NCBI GenBank assembly: GCA_026709025.1
Contig: JAPOTT010000011.1
Span: 128-64,127 of the forward strand
Direction: 5' to 3'
Length of the DNA stretch: 64,000 nucleotides
Origin: a bacterium
GTDB lineage: Bacteria; Actinomycetota; Acidimicrobiia; Acidimicrobiales; Bin134
The number at the start of each line of letters is the position of its first letter. The stretch's first letter is position 1. Positions 56,834-64,000 of this stretch are shown piece by piece. The position numbers were made by a program, and so were the translations under genes. The notes beneath the pieces were generated by a model. The model was not told where the DNA came from, did not search any database, and saw only the letters and a program-made list of their open reading frames with translations.

Positions 56834-57284
56834 GCCCTTCTCACTAGCTCACTAGCCCCCCCTAGCGCCACACAACCCCGGCACCGGACAAACCCAGCCG
56901 TGCTGACCCGTCGTTAGACATCACGTCAACTTGCGCTTGTGTGTCTGCAGCTACGCACCTCTCATAACAAACATCTGCAACGGGTCGGTGGATGAGCACA
57001 TGGCCCGATCCTCAAGCTCACCTGGATCCTCAAGCTCGCACCACCCAAACCTGCAACCTCCCCAAACTGCCCTACCGCTAGTCCCATACATGTTGCCGCA
57101 CTACACCCTTGCTGCCTTCCAATGTGAGGGCTACAGATGCTAGTTTCAGTACCCTTGAGGACATCTTCCGTATGGCTACTCACACCCCTGCGGTGCCCCC
57201 TCAAAATTGGCCCCTAAATTTCTTCTCAAAAAAATTGTCTTACTGTGTTTGAAATTGGTGCCGCAACCTGCAAGACTTACCGAA

Positions 57285-57354
57285 GCACTGAGTCAGGGTC
57301 GGCTCAGTGTCACTAAGCGGGCTGTTCGGCCCACTAGCACCACATGGTGCTAGT
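57285..57354 (+). promoter_or_regulatory. Three adjacent hairpins upstream of large secreted protein 2
   Basis: gcactgagtc/ggctcagtgt (10 bp, 2 GU), gggct/ggccc, actagcacc/ggtgctagt (9 bp perfect). Confidence 0.45.
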
Positions 57355-57396
57355 CATCTGATATAGTTTCAACATCCAGGCCCGTCTGATAGAAAG

Positions 57397-60300
57397 TTGT
57401 CCATGATTATGCTTCACTCGGTTTGGTCCGGCGAAGAGAGTGCTAACGCTCGTCGGAAAGTCATGACCATGTTGGCAGTGCTGGCTTTGCTAGCAAGTGT
57501 CCTGATGTGGGCCACCCCCCAAGCAGCGGCGCAGAGTGGTAATGATGTGGTAGCTGTTACGGCTACTGTTAGTAGGTCATCAGATGACGCTAGTGCTACT
57601 GATGAGGTGACTGTTGAAGCGGGTCAGCGGGTTTATCTTGATGGAACGGCGACTCTTATTAACGGTGATGATCCTCCAGCTACTTCTTATAAGTGGGAGA
57701 TAGCCGATGGCCCTTATGATTGGTTGACTATTAATCAGGACGCAGAGACGTCCACAGATAATGATAGTGATATAGAAGCTAGTTTTTTGTTGCCTAATCA
57801 GAATTATGTTGATGGTGTAACTGGTAGTGACGATCAGAAGTATAAGATTCAGGTTACTTTGACTGCGACGCGTAATGGTTCTTCAGAGAGTGATACTGTG
57901 ACTATCACGATTGCTCGTCCGCCTGTTGCTGATATTACGGTTTTTGCTGGTTTGCCTGATTCGGCTTTTGCAGATGATGTGAATGCAACTTTTGAAGAAA
58001 TCTTTGGTGAGGATGCGATTATTGATGGGCCTGGTGAGAACGGTAACCGTGATAATGAGTGGGATATTCGTGAGAAGGCTTATCTCCGGTTGGATGGTTC
58101 TGGGAGTACTGTGCCTGGTGGGAAAGTAGATCGTTATCGGTGGGAACGGCTTTCGCCACCTAACCTGCCTACCGGTGTTACGCTTACTTCTGCTCCTATC
58201 ATTTCTGGTCCTTTAGCAGATACCGACATTAATCCTATTTTTGTGGCTGGTAATAACGATTTTACTGCTGAGGCTGCTTCTGGTACTTACACTATTCTTC
58301 CTGATCTAAATGCTGGCGAAATTTCTGTTAAGCGGTTGACTTTGATTTATCAGTTGTCTGTGCAGTCTGGAGGGGGTACGGCTAAGACTTCTCGGGTTCG
58401 TATTGTGGTGCATGATAGTCCTGCTGAAGCAGATCCGATTGGTGTGAGTGTTAGTTTGGCTGCGGGTAGTCAGGGAAGCGCTCCTCAGTCTACTTTGTCT
58501 GCTTTGAATGGTGGGGTTGAGAATCAGTATCTTGTGAGTGCTGGTTCGGTAGTTCAGTTCACTGTGACTGGTTTGTTGAATGAGAAACTTACTTGGACGG
58601 GTGCTACTGCGAGAGGTGATGTTGATCTATTGCCTCCTAATAATCCTGATGGTACTGATGATAGTGGTACTGCTACTCGTAGGGTTCCTTCTGGTGTGAC
58701 TGCTGGTACTACTTATGATGTGACTGTCACTGATGGTGATCGCACTACGACGGTTCAGTTGTTGGTTGGTGCTAATCAGGTGCCTACTGCTAGTCCGATT
58801 GCTGGTGTTAGTCTTGCCGAAGGTCAGACTTTGGATAGGATTTCTGCTGGTCAGTTTGATTTAGCTGTGTTGAGTGTGAATGATGGCGTGCAGTCAAATA
58901 GTAAGCCGATCACTTTGCGTGGTGTGGGTAACGATCCTGATGGTGGCGCGATAATTCAGGCTTGGACGTTGCGTCATGTGCCTGCTGACAGTGAGTCTGC
59001 TGTGTTGGGTGCGATTGATACTTGGCTTGACCCTGATGGTAATAATAAGTCAACAGCAGGAAATGGTGATGTAGCTGGAGTGGTTGGCCCTGTTCTGCTT
59101 CAGTTGTCAGCTGATGATCCAGCTGATCCTCTAGTTGAGTTGATTAATCCGATTGGTGATGGTGAGGTGTCTTTTGAGGTGCCCCAGGTTAGAGCAGATA
59201 CTGGGGTGTTCCTTACCTATTCGGTGGTTGATTCGGCGAATGTTCTTGCAGCTAGGGTGTTGTACCTGCGTATTGAAGCTGATGATGATAAGCCGGTGGC
59301 TAATGCTGGTACTGGTCAGCAGGTTGCTTCTGGTGCGTTTGTTCGTCTAGATGGTTCTGGTAGTGCTGATCCTGATCCTGGTGACAGTATTGCTGGTAGC
59401 CATAGTTGGACTTATGTTGGTGCCAATATGAGTCCTCTGCCTGATGCACGTAGGGCTTTGTCTGATGCGGAGATTGGCCAGTTAGACGGTTGGGTGCTCC
59501 GCCAGGTTACGACTGATAATCCTTTACCTGATGGGGATACTCGTAAAACCTTTAAGGATTCCGAAGGCAATGATTATGTTTACATTGTTGATGCTAAGGG
59601 TGATTTAGTTGCTAGCGAAGTTCCTGAAGGTGGGCATACAGGTAAATTGATGGAATCAGGTTCTGCTTACCCGTATTTCACTGCGCCTAAGTTAACTGGT
59701 TTCAATAATCTTGGTCTTACGTTCCATTTGACTGTTACTGATGGGCAAGGAACCACTACCGGGGATGATCCTACTGCTGATGATGATAAGTCAGATCCGT
59801 CTCCTGTGACTATTACTGTGGCTCGGGTTGCTAGTAATGAGTTTTATAGTGGTGTGATTACTGGCCCTGGTTTTTGTACTAATCTGGCGTTTGGTGGGCC
59901 GATGTTGTTTGCGCATGATGGTGATGGTGATGGTGTTGCGGAGACTTGTTCTTTGAACACTACTCGTCGTGCGACTATTGCCCGTCAGAATGCTTTGGAG
60001 GCTATCGCTGCGTTGAATCCAACTGCTTTGGATAATGCGATAGACGCTGAGTGTGGGAAACTTGTTGCTGGTAATGCTAGTTATGAGGGTGATGAGCCTG
60101 CTGATTTAGCTGGTGATGCTTGCGCTGATGCTAGTAACCCGGTTGCGGTTATTCCTGTGTTGAGTGGTGCGACTGCGTATGGGCCTACGGTTAATGGTCC
60201 TGCGTTTTGTTCTAACTTTAGCCTTGGCGGGCCGATCATGTATCCGTATGATTCTGATGGTGATGGTGTGTACGATATTTGTTCGTTGAACAGTACTCGC

Positions 60301-60714
60301 CGTGAAGCAGTAGCACGCCAAACAGCTCTAGCCATCTCCTTTGAGGTGTCGTTTAGTGCTGGTGATCAGACTCGTCACGATGAGTTGGTTGAGTTGCGTG
60401 AGCTTCAAGAACTAGGTGATGATCGAACTGACGATCAGGACACCCGGCATATTGATCTTATCACGAAGTATGAAGGCGGTTTTACCGATAGCACTGACGG
60501 TGCGTTAGATAGTGATGAGATCATTGCTTTGTCAGCAGAGATTGATAGTCTTGCTGCTGCTAAGTCTGCTGCTGCTCGTTATGCTAATGCTTTGGCTGCG
60601 GCGTGTCGTGCGTTGGCTGGTCAAGTCTTTGAGGGTGATAAGGCTGCTGATCTTGCAACAGATGAGTGTGTGCGGCCTACTACTTCTGGTATTGCGCTTC
60701 CGTCTGGTAGCTAA
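57397..60714 (+). CDS. Large secreted protein 2 (paralog of 53073)
   Basis: Signal peptide RRKVMTMLAVLALLASVLMWATPQAAA; KPVANAGTGQQVASGAFVRLDGSGSADPD PKD motif; two C-terminal 4-Cys domains; ends GIALPSGS. Confidence 0.85.
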   Translation: MSMIMLHSVWSGEESANARRKVMTMLAVLALLASVLMWATPQAAAQSGNDVVAVTATVSRSSDDASATDEVTVEAGQRVYLDGTATLINGDDPPATSYKWEIADGPYDWLTINQDAETSTDNDSDIEASFLLPNQNYVDGVTGSDDQKYKIQVTLTATRNGSSESDTVTITIARPPVADITVFAGLPDSAFADDVNATFEEIFGEDAIIDGPGENGNRDNEWDIREKAYLRLDGSGSTVPGGKVDRYRWERLSPPNLPTGVTLTSAPIISGPLADTDINPIFVAGNNDFTAEAASGTYTILPDLNAGEISVKRLTLIYQLSVQSGGGTAKTSRVRIVVHDSPAEADPIGVSVSLAAGSQGSAPQSTLSALNGGVENQYLVSAGSVVQFTVTGLLNEKLTWTGATARGDVDLLPPNNPDGTDDSGTATRRVPSGVTAGTTYDVTVTDGDRTTTVQLLVGANQVPTASPIAGVSLAEGQTLDRISAGQFDLAVLSVNDGVQSNSKPITLRGVGNDPDGGAIIQAWTLRHVPADSESAVLGAIDTWLDPDGNNKSTAGNGDVAGVVGPVLLQLSADDPADPLVELINPIGDGEVSFEVPQVRADTGVFLTYSVVDSANVLAARVLYLRIEADDDKPVANAGTGQQVASGAFVRLDGSGSADPDPGDSIAGSHSWTYVGANMSPLPDARRALSDAEIGQLDGWVLRQVTTDNPLPDGDTRKTFKDSEGNDYVYIVDAKGDLVASEVPEGGHTGKLMESGSAYPYFTAPKLTGFNNLGLTFHLTVTDGQGTTTGDDPTADDDKSDPSPVTITVARVASNEFYSGVITGPGFCTNLAFGGPMLFAHDGDGDGVAETCSLNTTRRATIARQNALEAIAALNPTALDNAIDAECGKLVAGNASYEGDEPADLAGDACADASNPVAVIPVLSGATAYGPTVNGPAFCSNFSLGGPIMYPYDSDGDGVYDICSLNSTRREAVARQTALAISFEVSFSAGDQTRHDELVELRELQELGDDRTDDQDTRHIDLITKYEGGFTDSTDGALDSDEIIALSAEIDSLAAAKSAAARYANALAAACRALAGQVFEGDKAADLATDECVRPTTSGIALPSGS
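59806..60046. repeat. 241-bp near-identical inverted block (partner 62743-62983) within the large paralogs
   Basis: Manual alignment found one synonymous mismatch (TTGAAT/TTAAAT). Confidence 0.85.
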
Positions 60715-60757
60715 CTTTTAGAGAGTTTCAGGTTTAGCCTGGACAACCCAAACCACC

Positions 60758-60792
60758 GGGGCCCGGCCCTCCCACAAGGGGGGCCGGGCCCC
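60758..60792 (+). terminator. GC-rich hairpin after large protein 2
   Basis: ggggcccggccctcc-cacaa-ggggggccgggcccc (15-bp stem), followed within about 15 nt by a long T-rich tract. Confidence 0.75.
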
Positions 60793-60875
60793 ACCGCGTT
60801 AACCGTTATTTCTTCTTTTAGTGTTCTTCTGCTTAGTTATTTGTTTTTATTATTTTTCAATATTTTCAACAAATT

Positions 60876-60908
60876 AGGGTTGCAAACCCTCCACGCACTT
60901 TGTATTGT
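60876..60908 (+). promoter_or_regulatory. Sigma-70 promoter of the small gene, with an AT-rich UP element and a palindrome over the -35 box (mirror copy 61947-61979)
   Basis: TTGCAA-17 nt-TATTGT, ATG 6 nt downstream (leaderless); AGGGTT-gca-AACCCT overlaps the -35 box. Confidence 0.6.
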
Positions 60909-60914
60909 TATCTC

Positions 60915-61349
60915 ATGACCGGTTTTGAACTAGCCCAGTTCATCGCAATCATGCTGTCGTTGATGGGCATTGTCTTACACCAACAAAGAAGTAACTGGTA
61001 CCAACAACGAAGCATCGACCAGCTCCGCTCCGATATGAACGCTGGTTTCGCTGAAGCCCGCGCCGACCGCCAAGCCATCCGCAACGAGATAAACCAACGC
61101 TTAGCCGAGGCCCGTAGAGAAACCACACAAGGGTTTTCCGATGCTCAGGCTGCATTAGACAAAGCCCGCACCGAAAGCCGCGATGGGCTAGATACCCTAC
61201 ACTCTGACACTAACAAGAGTTTCCAACAGGTGTGGGCCGAACTATACAAAATAGTTCAACGCTTAGTCCGCATAGAAAGCCGCCTAAAAATCGAACCACC
61301 CCCAGAAGACTCCACTCCACCCCCCGCTACTACTCCACCAACGCCATAA
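60915..61349 (+). CDS. Small N-anchored coiled-coil protein (144 aa)
   Basis: TM FIAIMLSLMGIVL, helical repeats, RLVRIESRLKI, Pro-rich tail. Confidence 0.8.
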   Translation: MTGFELAQFIAIMLSLMGIVLHQQRSNWYQQRSIDQLRSDMNAGFAEARADRQAIRNEINQRLAEARRETTQGFSDAQAALDKARTESRDGLDTLHSDTNKSFQQVWAELYKIVQRLVRIESRLKIEPPPEDSTPPPATTPPTP

Positions 61350-61475
61350 CCTCACCGATAGAATACGAACACTCCTAATCTAAAAAATTCACTCTCCACA
61401 AAATCACACTTTGGCCTACAGACCTTGCTCAGGTGAGTGTTGAGTTTGATACAAGTTGAGGGGTTAGGTTATGGT

Positions 61476-61940
61476 TTAGGATTGGTTTGATCCTTCGGAG
61501 GGTGGTCCAATTTTTAGGCGACTTTCAATGCGAATAAGGCGTTGAGCAACCTTGGATAGTGCAGCCCACACCTGTCGGAACCCCCGATTTGTTTCAACAC
61601 GATGCACTTCCATCGTATTACGGATTTCCGCAAAACAATTATTAGTTTCTTTACGAGCCTCATCGAAGCGCTGGTTAGTATCAGAGCGTAGGGTATCTAG
61701 CCCATCGCGACTTTCAGTGCGGGCTTTGTCTAAAGCAGCCTGGGCATTAGAAAAGCGTTGGTTTATCTCGTTGCGGATGGCTTGGCGGTCGGCGCGGGCT
61801 TCAGCGAAACCAGCGTTCATATCGGAGCGGAGCTGGTCGATGCTTCGTTGTTGGTACCAGTTACTTCTTTGTTGGTGTAAGACAATGCCCATCAACGACA
61901 GCATGATTGCGATGAACTGGGCTAGTTCAAAACCGGTCAT
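61476..61940 (-). CDS. Small N-anchored coiled-coil protein (154 aa), inverted paralog of 60915
   Basis: First 62 codons identical to 60915; RLIRIESRLKI. Confidence 0.8.
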   Translation of the reverse strand: MTGFELAQFIAIMLSLMGIVLHQQRSNWYQQRSIDQLRSDMNAGFAEARADRQAIRNEINQRFSNAQAALDKARTESRDGLDTLRSDTNQRFDEARKETNNCFAEIRNTMEVHRVETNRGFRQVWAALSKVAQRLIRIESRLKIGPPSEGSNQS

Positions 61941-62281
61941 GAGATAACAATACAAAGTGCGTGGAGGGTTTGCAACCCTAATTTGTTGAAAATATTGAAA
62001 AATAATAAAAACAAATAACTAAGCAGAAGAACACTAAAAGAAGAAATAACGGTTAACGCGGTGGGGCCCGGCCCCCCTTGTGGGAGGGCCGGGCCCCGGT
62101 GGTTTGGGTTGTCCAGGCTAAACCTGAAACTCTCTAAAAGTTAGCTACCAGACGGAAGCGCAATACCAGAAGTAGTAGGCCGCACACACTCATCTGTTGC
62201 AAGATCAGCAGCCTTATCACCCTCAAAGACTTGACCAGCCAACGCACGACACGCCGCAGCCAAAGCATTAGCATAACGAGC
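61753..62281. repeat. Right arm of the 529-bp inverted repeat
   Basis: Reverse complement of 60574-61102. Confidence 0.93.
62063..62097 (-). terminator. GC-rich hairpin after large protein 3 (copy of 60758-60792)
   Basis: Same 15-bp stem on the minus strand. Confidence 0.75.
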
Positions 62282-64000
62282 CGCATTAGCTGCAGCTATC
62301 GCTTCAAGCTCGCTAATCTCTTTAGCAACAGCAGCAGTCAGGTCGTCGCCAGTCAAAGCATTCCCATCACCATCATTGATAATAACTGGAGTGTCGTCAT
62401 GAGCCTTCAAATCAGCTAGCCTACCCATCTCTCTTGGTGTCAAAGCATCCTCAAAGGTGGCTAGAGCTGCTTGGCGTGCTACTGCTTCACGGCGAGTGCT
62501 GTTCAACGAACAAATATCGTACACACCATCACCATCAGAATCATGCGGATACATGATCGACCCACCAAGGCTCCGGTTAGTGCAAAACGCAGGACCAGTA
62601 ACCACAGGCCCATACTGAGTAGCACCACTCAACACAGGAATAACCGCAACCGGGTTACTAGCATCATCGCAAGCATCATTAGCTAAATCAACAGGCTCAT
62701 CACCATAACTAGCATTAGCAGCAACAAGGCGCTTGCACTCATCGTCTATCGCATTATCCAAAGCAGTTGGATTTAACGCAGCGATAGCCTCCAAAGCATT
62801 CTGACGGGCAATAGTCGCACGACGAGTAGTGTTCAAAGAACAAGTCTCCGCAACACCATCACCATCACCATCATGCGCAAACAACATCGGCCCACCAAAC
62901 GCCAGATTAGTACAAAAACCAGGGCCAGTAATCACACCACTATAAAACTCATTACTAGCAACCCGAGCCACAGTAATAGTCACATCAGCAGTAGCAAATT
63001 CTGCGACCCCATCATCAGACTCACCATCTTTCAACGCTACACCATTAATCTCAGAAGCACTGCTATCAGCACTATCTGTCACAGTGAGACGGAACTTGAG
63101 ACTAATGTTGTTAAAACTAGTCAACTTAGGAGCAGTAAAATATGGATAACGAGAAGCTACACCCTTCAAATGAGCTGGTGTGTTATCTTTGTTGTCTAGC
63201 AAATCACCAGCAGCGTTAACTATCCACACATAATGCTTACCAGCAGAATCTTGGAATCTCCCTGCCGCTGGATCATTATCTGTAGCCTCCCGCAGCACCC
63301 AACCATTCAGCTCCTTGATCTCCGCATCAGACAAAGCCCTACGAGCATCAGGAAGCGGACTCATAGTAGCACCAACATAAATCCAACTATGACTAGCAAT
63401 ACTATCATCAGGATCAGGATCAGCGCTAGCAGAACCATTCAGGCGGACACGCGAACCAGAAGCAACTTGCTGATTAGCACCAGCATTAGCTACCGGCTTA
63501 TCATCCTCGGCAGTGACATGAATGTACACAGGCTGTGCGGCAACAACATGAGCTGAATCCACAACAGAGTACAAAAGAATAAAACCAGTGTTCTCTCTTA
63601 CTTCTGGCACCTCAAAAGAAACCTCACCATCACCAAGCGGGTTAATAAGTGTCACCAAAGGATCAGACGGATCATCAAGCTCCCCTAAGCGATTATAAAA
63701 ACCAGCTATATCGCCAGCTTTAGTAAGATCAGGAGTATCACCTACTAAATCTTCAACATCTGAATTCAAATTGTTTGCATCATCACCAGCAAACTGCCGC
63801 AAAGTCCAAGCTTGAATTATCGCGCCACCATCAGGATCATTGCCTACACCACGCAAAGTGATTAAAGCGCCACCTTTTTGTTTTCCATCACGGACACTGA
63901 AAACAGGAATGCCTGGAATACTTGATGCAGAGTCAAGATTACTATCCCCAATGCTAGCAGAAATCCCACCAGCAGTAGGCGCTTGATTAGTGCCAACTAA
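62141..64000 (-). CDS. Large secreted protein 3 (paralog of 57397), 5'-truncated by the window edge
   Basis: Frame is open to 64000 (LVGTNQAPTAGG...ITLRGVGNDPDGGAIIQAWTLR); same PKD motif, two 4-Cys domains and identical C-terminus. Confidence 0.88.
   Translation of the reverse strand, partial: LVGTNQAPTAGGISASIGDSNLDSASSIPGIPVFSVRDGKQKGGALITLRGVGNDPDGGAIIQAWTLRQFAGDDANNLNSDVEDLVGDTPDLTKAGDIAGFYNRLGELDDPSDPLVTLINPLGDGEVSFEVPEVRENTGFILLYSVVDSAHVVAAQPVYIHVTAEDDKPVANAGANQQVASGSRVRLNGSASADPDPDDSIASHSWIYVGATMSPLPDARRALSDAEIKELNGWVLREATDNDPAAGRFQDSAGKHYVWIVNAAGDLLDNKDNTPAHLKGVASRYPYFTAPKLTSFNNISLKFRLTVTDSADSSASEINGVALKDGESDDGVAEFATADVTITVARVASNEFYSGVITGPGFCTNLAFGGPMLFAHDGDGDGVAETCSLNTTRRATIARQNALEAIAALNPTALDNAIDDECKRLVAANASYGDEPVDLANDACDDASNPVAVIPVLSGATQYGPVVTGPAFCTNRSLGGSIMYPHDSDGDGVYDICSLNSTRREAVARQAALATFEDALTPREMGRLADLKAHDDTPVIINDGDGNALTGDDLTAAVAKEISELEAIAAANAARYANALAAACRALAGQVFEGDKAADLATDECVRPTTSGIALPSGS

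Larger units (their letters stand above)
55704..56843 (+). repeat. Direct tandem duplication (55704-56116 and 56140-56843) of promoter plus small coiled-coil gene; copy 1 lacks 291 bp
   Basis: Near-identical sequence at offset 436 up to 55972/56408, then at offset 727. Confidence 0.92.
60574..61102. repeat. Left arm of a 529-bp inverted repeat
   Basis: Reverse complement of 61753-62281; both end pairs sum to 122855 and no mismatch was seen by eye. It covers the large-gene 3' end, terminator, promoter and small-gene 5' part. Confidence 0.93.

Noticed and set aside
56844-57284. Small ORFs (56931-57143, 56962-57204) or an sRNA in the intergenic gap
   Set aside because: No motif, start context or structure strong enough to support a call.
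60100-62700. Diversity-generating retroelement (TR/VR pair) between the similar 3' regions of large proteins 2 and 3
   Set aside because: Mismatches are not adenine-specific (many C/T, G/T and multi-base changes), and no reverse transcriptase is in the window.

Overview
Chromosomal window from an actinobacterium. WhiB, GlnR, an actinobacterial-type TopA, a Tad/Flp-bldG-topA-tmk-holB-tRNA-Thr block and many leaderless genes support this. Gene content suggests class Acidimicrobiia, possibly host-associated, with GC only in the mid-50s by eye (inference). Positions 250-53,000 are mostly core genes: Lhr helicase, a HAAT-type ABC importer, a CoA-transferase and ferredoxin, a DtxR regulator, pyrE, holB-tmk-MFS-topA-nhaA, an anti-sigma pair, a minimal Tad pilus, tRNA-Sec, a sigma-70 factor, nadE-glnA-glnA2-glnR-ridA-glnE, a shortened molybdo-hydroxylase, iscA, mrp-selA-selB, whiB and nfeD. 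An orphan DNA methyltransferase and an inserted type II-like R-M pair interrupt this core. After tRNA-Pro (53,016) comes the most unusual part: three paralogous large secreted PKD/Ig-like proteins ending in a tandem 4-Cys/DxDGDG domain I do not recognise. Each is followed by small N-anchored coiled-coil genes that have their own promoters. Two of these modules face each other across an apparently perfect 529-bp inverted repeat, with further near-identical blocks alternating with hypervariable segments, consistent with a recombination-driven surface-variation locus. Window-wide oddities are over-representation of CTAG and frequent short tandem duplications at start and stop codons. All calls come from reading motifs by eye; no database searches were run.
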